From the NCBI GenBank assembly GCA_025558095.1, contig JAIVFI010000021.1, positions 248,001-312,000 on the forward strand: 64,000 nt of DNA, written 5' to 3'. This document shows positions 23,829 through 34,349 of this stretch, one piece after another. The position numbers were made by a program, and so were the translations under genes. The notes under the pieces were generated by a model that was not told where the DNA came from, ran no database searches, and saw only the letters and a list, made by a program, of their open reading frames with translations. This DNA is from Hyaloraphidium curvatum SAG 235-1 (taxonomy: Eukaryota; Fungi; Monoblepharomycota). Numbering within the stretch: position 1 is the stretch's first letter; every line of letters starts with the position of its first letter.

Positions 23829-24920
23829 TTACATGTCTGCGGTCGAGTCCGGAAGCAGTAAGGAACGGCGGATCTCACGAAGGCGGGGAACACGTACCCA
23901 GCCCGCCGTTGACTCCCCAGACCTGGCCGGTGATGTATCCGGACGCGTCGGCCGCCAAGAAGTGGATCACGCGGGCGATCTCCTCCGGCGTGCCCATCCG
24001 TTTGCACGGGATCTGCGACAGGATCCGATCCTTGACCTTCTCCGGGATGTGATCCACCATCTCGGTCGCGATGAAGCCGGGCGCACAACAGTTGACGGTG
24101 ACGCCGACTGTGTTGCCCTGCAGGAGGCCCGCCTTCTCCAGCATGAAGTTGGCTTCCCTCGCGAGCGTCTTGGTCAGACCGAACAGGCCCGACTTGGAGG
24201 CGGCGTCTGACGTGGAAGGCCGGGCTCAACGTTCGGCGACGCCGCAGTGGGAGCGATCACACTCACAGTTGCTCTGCCCGATGTTGCCGATTTCGCCAAT
24301 GACGGAGGAAACAAAAATGATGCGGCCGTTGCCCTGCTCCACCATGTGCTTGAGGGCCTCCTGCGAGCAGAAGAAGGCGCCGGACAGGTTGACGCTGATG
24401 ACGCGGTTCCAGTCCAGGTCGGTCATCTTGGCGACGGTCTTGTCGATCGTCAAACCGGCATTATTCACAAGAATGTCGATGCGACCGTGCTGCTCGACGA
24501 CCTCGCCCACGACGCGGCGGCAGTCGTCGGGGTTGCCGATGTCGCCCTGGTGGAGTGAAATGGTGCTCCGCGGGAACTCGTGCTGGAACTCGGTCTGGAA
24601 CTGGACCGCGCGCTCCTTGTTGCCCCCGTAGCCGGCAGCGACGATGCAGCCCTGAGCGGCGAGCGACTTAACGATGGCGGCGCCGATTCCGCGGGTGCCT
24701 CCGGTGCTGCCCGAGCACTCAGTGGCGCCACAGGGTCCGAGCACGGGGGAACTCACACGAGCGCCACGCGGCCGCGGAGCTTGGTTCCGTTCGCCACCTC
24801 CACGATGGGCACAACCGAGCTCCGGCGCGAGCGGAGCATGGGCATCGGGGTACCCTCGACGGTCGCGTCGGTCGAGATGTTGCTGGCCTGGGGAGACAGC
24901 ATTCCGTCGTTGGCAGGCAT
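23829..24920 (-). CDS. SDR of the acetoacetyl-CoA reductase / FabG type, spliced
   Basis: RVALV|TGGTRGIG, DILVNNAG, GNIGQSN|YAASKSG, APGFIATEM, YITGQVWGVNGGL|DM*. Three short introns inferred. Confidence 0.88.
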
Positions 24921-25184
24921 GCTCAGCAGCTTCGAATCTCCTGCAACGGTGGGCTCCGCGGACGTTGGTTGCTGTGGCCGGGCCGGTCGCTGCGATTCGT
25001 CGCGAGAATTGCCGTTGGGGTGGTGGTGACGAAGCGGACTCGATCAGCCCGCGGAACGATCCGGGCGCACCCGGTCTCCAAAATCTCATCAGTGGCTTTC
25101 CGGGAGCGATGCTCACTATGCATTCAGATCAACAGATCAACAATACATCCATGACCGTAGATTCAGCTCCCCGCAGTCCTGCGT

Positions 25185-27519
25185 TCAGTCCGCGACCGTG
25201 AAAGTTCTCGGCGGCGCCTTGGCCTGCCGGCTCGCCAGGATGCTCTCGATGTTGTCGTCCTCCAGCTCCGGTACCTCGAACTCCGCCGGAACTTCCACAA
25301 GCGCGGGCGCGGCGGCAGCTCGGGTCGGCTTGGGGGCAAAGAGGCCCTGCAGCCTGGCCGACAGCGACTGCCTCGATTCCTCGGGATTCGCGGACCCGCG
25401 GCCGTTGCGGATCGTCCTTCCGTTCCCCAAGCCGCGTTCGCTCACGGTCGGGCTCCGTCTCTCTTCCGCGTCTTGCTTTGGACGGCGTGCGATGAGCGGG
25501 ATCGCCTGCTAGCCCCGGCCGCGCGGACGCACCAGGAGACGGTCCGTGTCCCTGTCCCGGGCGTAGCCGACCGAGCCGTTCGCCGGGCTGTTATTGCGCC
25601 GTTGCCTCTCCTCGGCCGCCCGGGCCTGGTCGATGTAGCTCTTGCCTTCCTGCACGATAGGGCCGTCCGCCCGATCCTCGCCCGTGAAGAAGTCGGTCCA
25701 GCCGCACATCGCCAGGAGCCGCGAGTGAAAGTGAAAGAAGGTGGCGAGGCAGATAAGGCCAATGGAAAGGGGCACGTAGACCTGGAAAGAGCCCAGGAGG
25801 GGCAAGAGATCGATCTTGCCCATGATGGCCACAAACATGGTGTCCTCCTGGTCCGTCAGCAAGTTTAAGAAGTTGTAACACAGCGGGAAAGTGAGGCGGC
25901 TGCGCCCTTCGTCAGTCTCCTAGCACCATGGTGGACTGTGACCGTCCCTCACCAGAGGTAGGCGGCAACAAAGAGGAGGGAGCCCTCGTCCGTGTGGTGA
26001 TTCGGAACCAAGGCGTAGACGTCGAAGATGCGAACCTTGAACAGGCTCGAGTAGGCGCAGATGCACATGTAGCTCACGGTGATGATGCACATGGCCTGCG
26101 CAACGGGTGGCCAGCAGGAACGACATGAGCCACACTCACCAACGCGGCTCCGCTGAATCCCACCTCGATCCACTCGTAGGAGATGCCGGGTATATGGAAC
26201 AGAAGCCCAAGAATGGTGAGCATCGGCTTCTGAATCTGAAAAGTCATCTCGGACCAAATGAGCGCGGCCGAAAGGAGCGCGCAGCAGGATGCCAGCGCGC
26301 GCTGCAGTGCAGGGCGTATTCGCAGGTACCACCACCAATCTGGTCGCATCGACACCCCGATCAGCTCGTTCCCTGGGGAAGGCGGCGCGCACTAACCGAG
26401 CGACATCCTCCACCCCGGCACGGTGCCGGACCTCGTGACAGCCGTCACCAGCTTCTTCTCCGGGTTCCGCTCCGACTCGACCAGATCCTCGAAGAAAAAG
26501 GCTTCGCGCAGGAGATTGCTCCACTGAGCCTCCCTGCGCTCCTTGGCACGCACCGCCGCCTTCAGGCGAAGATGGAGCTGCACAAGGTGGGCCGACGTGA
26601 CCCCCGAAGCAGGGAGGGACGATGCCTGGCCCAAATTCCTGTCCGTGAGGGCCATGGGGCACTTTTCCAACAGCCTGTCCACAAAGGGCCTGAGCGGGTC
26701 CGCATCCCCGACCCTCCTTGCGGCGGCCGCAACGTCGTTTGCGACGTCGTAAAACTCGATTTCGGCATCGTTTGCAGCCTCTTTCATCCCCGGAGCGAGG
26801 TACTGAAGATGCTTCAGATACAAGTGGTAGTCCGCGCGTCGCCAGAGCTCCCGGGGAACGGAGACGAGGCCATGTCCGAGGAAAAGGACGATAAGCAAAA
26901 GACCCCAGCCGTTTGCCATGGCGATCAAGAAGCTGAGCAGGGCTTGCCTGGCCCCAGGAAAGAATGTTGGCGATTAGACCACATGAAACGGCCGGCTCGG
27001 AGCGCAAACCCACCCCGTCAGGCCCTTTGCCACGGCAATATAGACGATAAAGGCGACGCCGAGCGCCCCGGCAACGGCGTAGTAGATCAAATTCGCGCGG
27101 ACGGCCTCCTTGATCTTGTCCACCGCGGAGAACCGGCCCGAGCGCACGTACGACGTCATTGTGGGGATGACGGCCCACGTGAGCACGAACGAGGTCCAGT
27201 AGATGGCGGTCCAGAACGCGTAGAGGAACGACTCGGAGACGAGCACGAGCGGCGGGGCCGGGCAGTCGCCGCCTTCGGAGCACCGGCGCCGGTACAGCGT
27301 CTGCGCGGGTTCAGCGGGCGCGAAACGGGAGAGCGCGGGCAAACGCACCGAGGTGAGGTCGATAGGCAGCAGGAAGACGATGCAGAACGGGCCGAGCCAG
27401 CCGACGTACGTCGTCGCGGTCACGTACCAGCGGTGCCGCCGCACGTTGCCGTAGCGGTGGACGAGCGCCGCGACGACGACGCCCGTCGCCAGCGCCGCGA
27501 GCAGCACCGGCCACAGCAT
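25185..27519 (-). CDS. LMBR1-family membrane protein (LMBRD2-like), multi-exon
   Basis: VFLLPIDL, YWTSFVLTWAVIPTMTSYVRSG, MANGWGLLLIVLFLGHGLVSVPR, SAALIWSE, YALVPNHHTDEGSLLF. Confidence 0.88.
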
Positions 27520-28938
27520 GGCGTTTGGCCCGCCGGCGCGGGGGGGAGACGGGAGTGCCGGAGCTAGGGGTGTCGTTTTTGGGACAGCAGACTGGCACGC
27601 ACGAGCCGGGTAGTGTCCTCATAGGCCGAGCGGCCTTAGCGGTCGGTCGCGCGGACATAGGGCTGGCGGGTCGTGCGGACATAGGCGACCAAACGCCTAA
27701 CGGGTCGTGCGGACACCGCTTCCCCGCGGCGCAATTGGACTTGGAGCCCCGATTGCCGGCCGCAGAGTGCGCCATAGTACTCGGGAGAGTCGCTGGGCCG
27801 GCGGTCCGGGCGCGCGGAGCTCGTTTGAGGCTGCTGGAGCGCGCTGAAGAGCCTCCCGCCGGAGGGGTCATCGGGACATCGGGGCACCGCTCTCAATTGA
27901 GGGGACTGGAGGCTCCGACGCGACGAGCACTTTTGGTGGTCTATGGACTGCCGCTGAACGGCGTGTCGGTTTTCCGGAAGACTTCGTGCTGGACCGGACG
28001 AGGAGGGATCCGGGTGACCAACGGGCGCGCCGAACCCGTCGGTTTGGCCAGGAAAGCCCGTAAAAGTTGGATCGGCGACGCTTTTGTCAATCGTCATCGT
28101 GATTTGCTACTCGGACGGGCACCTCGCGTCGTCGTACCAGCGTGGGCGGCCCGCCGATACAGCACCTGTCGACCAGACATCGCGGACGCGCTTGTCCCCA
28201 TTCTCTTCATCTTCGGATGCTGCTTTTTGCTTCCAGGAACTTCTCTTTCGAAATGCTCGCGAGCATGGGTCGATGCCAGCATCACTGGGCCCGTCGGCCC
28301 GATTTCAGGTGGGGTATCGAGCGCGACGCTTCTCTTGTCGCTGCATTTCGTCAACATCAACAGCTTCGCTTACGCTTGATTCTGCGTCGGTCGTGTGATG
28401 GCAAACCGGCTCGGAAGAACCACAGTGGAGGACTTCGGCGGGAAACTTCGGTGCTGCCAGGGATCTGGGCCAGCGGCCTCCAATGCCTCCACGAAAGGAT
28501 GGTAACCCAACGAAGCTTCCACTGAATCCGTGGGACGGACGATCGGGCAACAAAGGAGGCTGCTGCCTACATTCGGGGCAGCATTCGCGAGATCGATCGC
28601 GAAATACGTTGGGATTTCGGCTCCGGGCTCCGCAGGCAAGCTTTGGGGTCAATTGCGCACGCCACGCATCGTCCCTAGTCGGTTCTGGCTCTACCTGATG
28701 TAGAATGAGTGCCCGTGACGGTCTACCGCAGCGGCTCCGACCCGAGACATCTGTAGCGCCGCGCACCTCCCCCACGGACCGCGGCGATAAATCAAAGTTG
28801 TCAAAGCTCGAAACATAGCTGGAAATGAAGAATCCCGGGGCCCGCCCCCCGGACCCCCCGGAAATTATTCAAAGTTTGTCACTCGGCCTATGGGTACAAG
28901 GCCACGAGCCGCGCACGCCCGCCGCCGTCCGGCTGCTG

Positions 28939-29006
28939 TCGTATCTAGCTGGCGGGCACCAAAAGTATCATTCGTATCTAGCTGGCGGGCACCAAAAGTA
29001 TCATTC
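28939..29006. repeat. perfect 33-bp tandem duplication
   Basis: tcgtatctagctggcgggcaccaaaagtatcat occurs twice. Confidence 0.92.
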
Positions 29007-29110
29007 ACTTGCCCATGGACACCAACGGATTCCCTGCCCACCGTGCCCATCCCTTCACGGCGCCCGGTTTTGATTGAAGCGGGTCATTTAGTTGTTCCAT
29101 GGCGCTCAAC

Positions 29111-29115
29111 AAAAA
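29111..29115 (-). terminator. RNA polymerase III terminator (T5) of tRNA-Asp
   Basis: TTTTT on the minus strand, 3 nt after the discriminator base. Confidence 0.75.
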
Positions 29116-29118
29116 TTT

Positions 29119-29216
29119 CTCCCGAACCGGGAATTGAACCCGGGTTGCCGCCGGACAGCGTGTCGAAGATGCAAAGTCTTGACAGGGCGGAGTACTAGCC
29201 ACTATACGATTCGGGA
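29119..29216 (-). tRNA. tRNA-Asp(GTC) with 26-nt canonical intron (29154-29179)
   Basis: Acceptor stem TCCCGAA/TTCGGGA, D arm GTAT-AGTGGCTA-GTAC, anticodon stem CCGCC/GGCGG with loop CT-GTC-A^C, T arm CCGGG-TTCAATT-CCCGG. The intron lies between positions 37 and 38 and contains GACA, complementary to the anticodon. Confidence 0.93.
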
Positions 29217-29559
29217 CTGCTAATCGCTGAAGGTATCGGGAACGAGGGCTCCAGAAATGGTCCACATGAGGAGTTCATGGACCGCTCGCAGCGTGTCCGT
29301 CTTGGACGATCGGCATCCTCTGGGGACGGTGGCGCAGGGCGGGGTCAGGATGTGAGGAGCAGGCCGTCCAGGACGTGGGGCTGGCGACGCTCGGTGGAGC
29401 TCGATGGTCGTCAGATGCCCTTTGGCCACCGTTTATGGGCAGGGTCTGTCTTCACCGGGTCCTGTCCGTGCTCAACATCGCCTGCGCAATAGCTTCCGCC
29501 GCGAGTCAATCCCTAGCTGCCATCCGCTTGCACAAGTCCGCCACCTTCAATGAGCGGAG
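29133..29559. repeat. left arm of 427-bp inverted repeat
   Basis: Reverse complement of 32712-33138. The ORF track gives identical translations on opposite strands (MDRSQRVRL..., MAKGHLTTIE...). Confidence 0.95.
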
Positions 29560-29748
29560 ACGAACGGTCCTCGATCTGCGTCCCTCTGTGCCGTGCCCAA
29601 GATTATGCGCTTTCTGATGAGGATAACAAGCCATTCACTGGTCGATCCATCATTCGACTTGGCAGATAGTAGCGTCAGTTTCTTTTAATCACCGTTTCGG
29701 ACGTCGGACAATTCGTTGTTCAATCCGTACGAAGAGACAAATCCAGAA

Positions 29749-29962
29749 ATAAAGGATCCGGTGGGCATAAAGGATCCGGTGGTCGTCCGGGGCCCGGCGG
29801 GGGAGTTCGTCAACCTGGGTGAGGGTTTGCTGTTGCGGTTGCTTTTCGGAGGGCGGTGGAATGAGCTCCCGGTAATAGAGGGGATCGAGTCCGATTGGGA
29901 CCTGGATTATTGAGCTCCCGGTAGGGGATCGAGTCCGCCGATTGGGACGGACCTGGATTATT
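29749..29962. repeat. short tandem duplications upstream of the DUF707-like gene
   Basis: ataaaggatccggtgg occurs twice (29749, 29767). A ~50-bp unit tgagctcccggta...gggatcgagtccg...attgggac...ctggattat occurs twice (29862, 29912). Confidence 0.85.
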
Positions 29963-30026
29963 GGGACGCGAGTCATCCCCGGGCTTGGCGCCGAAATCCC
30001 CGTCAGGCCGTGTCCTTTGGGCCACC

Positions 30027-31088
30027 ATGTCCCCTCGCAGAACACTTCTCGCTGCGGTGGTGCTGCTCACCCTCGCGGGCGCGGGAACGCTGTGCGCGGC
30101 GCCCTCCCCTCCGCGGGCCCTGCTTATCATCAGCACCGACTGCAAAGCGAATCATGATTCCCGCGACGCCTTTTTCGCGTCCAAGGCGCCGCTGTTGGTG
30201 CCGCGCAGCCGCCGGACCTTCGATATCGCAGCCGTGGATTGGTCGCCCGGTGCGCGGTGTACGGGCCTCCCAGTGGACCGAATCTTCAGGATGCCAATGA
30301 CGTACAAATACCCGGGGGTTTACCGGCTTGCGAACGAACTCTGGCCGGGCATGCTAGACGCGTACGACCTTTTCTTGCTCCTGGACGACGACACGGATTT
30401 TGTCGGCGGGGCCGCCGCGGCGGACGCGCTCTTTGCCCTGCACAGGGCCGCAAACTGGACCATCTCCCAGCCAACCCTGACGGCGACATCGGTTGCAAAT
30501 CACAGACAGTTCCTGGTCCGACCGAATGTTCTGGCCCACGGGGCCGTAGGCCGGCGCATGTCTTTCATTGAGCAGCAGGCACCGGTGTTTACGCGGGCCG
30601 CGCTGCAGAGATACCTGCCCCTGTTCCGCAATGTGACGCACGCATGGGGCCTGGATGTATACTGGAGCTGGGATTCGGCGACGCGCCACCTCGCCCCGGG
30701 CGACTGGGAGGCGGGCAGGGGCGAAATTGCAGCGGCCGTCGACGCCATTGTCGTCTCCCACTACAAGAAGATCTCTGCGGCCAACGCGCCTTACAGGGAG
30801 GGGGGTATCGAGGGTGCGAACATGGACATGGCCAAGCTCTTGAACCGTCTCACGGGGAAAACCGGCCAGGAGCTCACAGACTTCATTGCAGGGGTTTTCA
30901 CGCAGTGGGGACACCCCGACGTGGAGCTTTTTGTTCCGGGGGCGGAGGAGATCCTGGCTAAAGTGCCGGGGTGGAGGAACCCGTCCGCAGCCGTGTCCGC
31001 GGATGTGGGGAACGGTCTGACCGCCAAAGGCGCCGAAAAACCGGCGAAGGGGGGCGGGGCTGTGAGCCAGCAGCCCGCTATGCGATGA
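30027..31088 (+). CDS. DUF707-like GT-A glycosyltransferase, intronless
   Basis: GCCACCATG start, signal/anchor, YDLFLLLDDD (DxD), ISQPTL, FIEQQAPVFTRAAL, AWGLDVYW, VDAIVVSH. Confidence 0.75.
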   Translation: MSPRRTLLAAVVLLTLAGAGTLCAAPSPPRALLIISTDCKANHDSRDAFFASKAPLLVPRSRRTFDIAAVDWSPGARCTGLPVDRIFRMPMTYKYPGVYRLANELWPGMLDAYDLFLLLDDDTDFVGGAAAADALFALHRAANWTISQPTLTATSVANHRQFLVRPNVLAHGAVGRRMSFIEQQAPVFTRAALQRYLPLFRNVTHAWGLDVYWSWDSATRHLAPGDWEAGRGEIAAAVDAIVVSHYKKISAANAPYREGGIEGANMDMAKLLNRLTGKTGQELTDFIAGVFTQWGHPDVELFVPGAEEILAKVPGWRNPSAAVSADVGNGLTAKGAEKPAKGGGAVSQQPAMR

Positions 31089-31320
31089 TCGGTGCAGTCC
31101 CGTTGGGCGCCGATTAGATTCCCGTCCTCAACGTGCCACGGCACAGCGCTTCCTCAGTGACACCAAGGTCAGGCAATGGGTAGATGCGCCGGCCGAGAAA
31201 TCTAGGATCGATGCACCTAACCTACACTTAAGTTAGTTCCCCGCTCTGGACTTTGGGCCGGGTTGGGATCCGTCCAGATTCGAGCCGGTGCCCGCTGCCA
31301 TGTGACCGTATGAAAGACCC

Positions 31321-32442
31321 CTAGATCCCCGCCGCCCGCATCACGTTGTACAGCGCCACCGTCCAATGGCTTGCCGGTCCGCAACCCCCAAGTGCGTAGT
31401 GCAGGCAGTCGGAATCATCCGGCACCACCTTCTCGGCCGCGCTGCGATGCAAATCCCCCCTCAGGGCGGTCGCGGTCGCCACGTCCATGTAAACGACCCC
31501 GGGGAATTCCCGCTCCACCATCTCCGCGATCTTCGCGTTCTGCCCCGCGAACTTGCCCCATGCGAAGGGCAAGGCCCACGCTGGCTCCTGCGGAGCCGAA
31601 AGGGGTTCGAAGATTCGGCTGCAGTTTGCGTGCCCAGGTGGGGTATCCCGCCAGACCACCAGCGCCCGGGGGCGGAGCCGCACCGCCGCGGCAATCGCCT
31701 TGCGCGCCCAAGGGATCCGCAGGTTGTCGGGTTGGTAGTGCGCTCCGGCGTTGAGCACCACGACGGCGGGGTCGAGCCCGATCGCGTCGGCCCACGTCCC
31801 GAGGAACTCGTCGATGCCCAGGAATCGGTCGTCGGAGCTACCCGCGACCAGCGAGGGAGACACGCCGGCGCAACCCCGGGCCGAGGCATTGAACAGCGGG
31901 CCGAGGCGGCACAGCTGCGAGACGTGCCGGAAGGGGAGGTCGGCGGCGACGCGCAGCTGGCCGTCGTTGAAGTTGCGGAGGGCCACCACGCGGGCCGGGC
32001 CGGCGGGCGAGGCGCCGCAGATGTGCAGCGGGGGCAGCACGGGCCGATCGAACGGGAAGCGCGCGGCGTCGGGCGGGTCGGCGGCGCCGCGGGCCCGCGC
32101 CGCAAGCGCCTCGCGCATGTGCAGCTGCAACGAGTCGCCTGCGAGGAGGACGTCGCGGCCGCCGAGCAGCCGGCAGAAGTCGGCGGCGTCGAAGGCGCGG
32201 AACGGCCGCGCCGCGCACGCCGCGGACTGCCACCGCCAGTCGTCGGCGGGCCGCGTCGGCGCGCGCGCGCACGGCCCGGCGTTGCGGCGCGCGCGCGCCT
32301 CCGCGTCGAGGCGCACCCACGCGCCGTGCGCCCAGCAGCGCTGCCACCGCCGCCACGGGGGGGCGGGCGGCACCGCGTGGAGGAACGGCAGCAGCGCAAG
32401 GCCGCCGAGGGCGCACGTGGCCGCGACAAACGCCTGCCGCAT
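31321..32442 (-). CDS. TBL/PC-esterase (SGNH-like) polysaccharide O-acyltransferase/esterase, intronless
   Basis: Signal/anchor, C..GAW..C..WRWQSAAC, FCRLLGGRDVLLAGDSL (GDS), VVVLNAGAHY, VWRDTPPGHANC, DCLHY (DxxH). Confidence 0.85.
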   Translation of the reverse strand: MRQAFVAATCALGGLALLPFLHAVPPAPPWRRWQRCWAHGAWVRLDAEARARRNAGPCARAPTRPADDWRWQSAACAARPFRAFDAADFCRLLGGRDVLLAGDSLQLHMREALAARARGAADPPDAARFPFDRPVLPPLHICGASPAGPARVVALRNFNDGQLRVAADLPFRHVSQLCRLGPLFNASARGCAGVSPSLVAGSSDDRFLGIDEFLGTWADAIGLDPAVVVLNAGAHYQPDNLRIPWARKAIAAAVRLRPRALVVWRDTPPGHANCSRIFEPLSAPQEPAWALPFAWGKFAGQNAKIAEMVEREFPGVVYMDVATATALRGDLHRSAAEKVVPDDSDCLHYALGGCGPASHWTVALYNVMRAAGI

Positions 32443-32711
32443 CCACTGGGTAGGCGGCTCGCTCCCGGGCCGAGAATTCGAGTGGGGGTTCGTCAGCCGG
32501 TATAGGGTTCACGCGGTGTAACACAGCGTTCGCAGAACTGCATCAGAGGAAAGAAACCCTCGGCTCGGTATCGTCCATGGTGTCTGGGACCGAGGAAGAT
32601 ACTGCTTGCTCATTCTCATTGGACAGGTGCACGACAAGTCGAGGAACCGCGGCACGCAGAGACCCATCCTGTGGCGGCTGGACCGTGGCCGGATCGGCGC
32701 CGTCATTGAGG

Positions 32712-33138
32712 CTCCGCTCATTGAAGGTGGCGGACTTGTGCAAGCGGATGGCAGCTAGGGATTGACTCGCGGCGGAAGCTATTGCGCAGGCGATGTTGAG
32801 CACGGACAGGACCCGGTGAAGACAGACCCTGCCCATAAACGGTGGCCAAAGGGCATCTGACGACCATCGAGCTCCACCGAGCGTCGCCAGCCCCACGTCC
32901 TGGACGGCCTGCTCCTCACATCCTGACCCCGCCCTGCGCCACCGTCCCCAGAGGATGCCGATCGTCCAAGACGGACACGCTGCGAGCGGTCCATGAACTC
33001 CTCATGTGGACCATTTCTGGAGCCCTCGTTCCCGATACCTTCAGCGATTAGCAGTCCCGAATCGTATAGTGGCTAGTACTCCGCCCTGTCAAGACTTTGC
33101 ATCTTCGACACGCTGTCCGGCGGCAACCCGGGTTCAAT
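32712..33138. repeat. right arm of 427-bp inverted repeat
   Basis: Reverse complement of 29133-29559. It ends inside the T-loop of the tRNA copy. Confidence 0.95.
33055..33138 (+). pseudogene. 3'-truncated tRNA-Asp(GTC) copy
   Basis: Identical to the intact tRNA, including the intron, up to GGTTCAAT. It then reads ACATTTGG instead of TCCCGGTTCGGGAG, so the 3' T-stem and 3' acceptor strand are missing. Confidence 0.92.
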
Positions 33139-33305
33139 ACATTTGGTCGTGCTGCCAGGTAACGTATTCCGGATGTCCCAACTGTTTACAGGTAGTACGC
33201 AGGCGCGATCTCTTGATTGCATTCGACGTTGAGGAACTTCAAGCTCAGTCACGCGCAGCGCCGTCTCGCAACGGATGTACTCGTTTGCAAAAGGAGACAC
33301 TAAAC

Positions 33306-34274
33306 ATGGACGAACCCGCGTCCAATCCCGCCGACGCGGGAGCTGACGCACCTCTCGCCGATGCATCGCCGCCTTCCGTGCCGGTACCGCCGACGCGCGT
33401 GCTGAAGGACGTGTTGTACTGCGGGGTCTGCACGCTGCCGCCCGAGTTCTGCGAGTTCGACGCCAAGACCCTGCCGCGGTGTAAAGCGTGGCTAAAAGAG
33501 CATCATGGCGACGTGTACGATGTGCTGTACGCGGCCGATGGTGTGTGCTTTGGCCATTGGCCGGATTGCTTCTTCAGTTCCGCTGAACGCGTCCCTTCGG
33601 ACATCTCTCTACCGCTGCCGTTGCCGCTGCCGCAATCAGCCGCAGCGGAGCAATTGAGCCGGGCCTCCTTGGCGGAGGGCGAGGAGCCTTCCGGACCGGC
33701 ACCCGAGCAGGCCACGGCGGAGCCCAAGAAGGATTCCGGAAAGTCCAAGGACAAGAAGAAGAAAACGGTTGGGAATGCCACGCCTGCCTCCATTGGAGTT
33801 CATTGACGTGTTTGCGGCCACATGCTCGGCTCTGATTCGCCTCCTTATCGTTCCACCGTCTCGCGTGGCGGCGGGCTCGCAACAGCCAAAGGTCGTCATC
33901 GAGACCGTTTCGCGGAACAAGCGGAAACATGTCACTATTGTAGTTGGCCTTGATGCTTTTGGTGGGTTCCACCGCCCTCCGTAGCCTCGTAGACCGTTCA
34001 TGGGACCAATCTCGTTTTGCCAGACATCGATTTGAAGAAGGCTGCCAAGACCTTTGCCAACAAGTTCGCGTGCGGCTCCAGCGTAACCAAGAACGCAGAG
34101 GGCAAGGATGAGATTGTCGTCCAGGGCGAGTTTGCCGTGGAGATTGCCGAGATGCTCGAGGACCTGTACTCGAACGTGGGTATTCTGCAGCCGATCCAAT
34201 GTACTGTACTCGAACGTCCCTTCCGCTAGGTCCCACCCGAGGCGATTACGATCAAGGAACCGAAAACAAAGTAG
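33306..34274 (+). CDS. TMA22: translation machinery-associated protein 22 / DENR (SUI1 domain), spliced
   Basis: VLYCGVCTLPPEFCEF, RNKRKHVTIVVGL, IDLKKAAKTFANKFACGSSVTKNAEGKDEIVVQG. Confidence 0.92.
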
Positions 34275-34349
34275 ACGGGCGGTGAACGACAACTGGTGCT
34301 AAGTCTTGGCATGATACCCCTCCATGGAAATAAGGCACTTGAACTACAT

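Noticed and set aside
27560-28900. Gene-poor region next to the tRNA, checked for an integrase/transposase remnant
   Set aside because: No recombinase, DDE or reverse-transcriptase motifs recognisable in any listed frame.
29220-29617. Small ORFs duplicated in both inverted-repeat arms
   Set aside because: Their identity simply follows from the DNA repeat. No coding signature or known motif.
28939-29962. Short repeats as a possible CRISPR array
   Set aside because: Only two adjacent copies each, no unique spacers, no cas genes, and a eukaryotic context.
29133-33138. Autonomous DNA transposon with terminal inverted repeats
   Set aside because: No transposase, no target-site duplication seen, and the left arm is continuous with an intact host tRNA.
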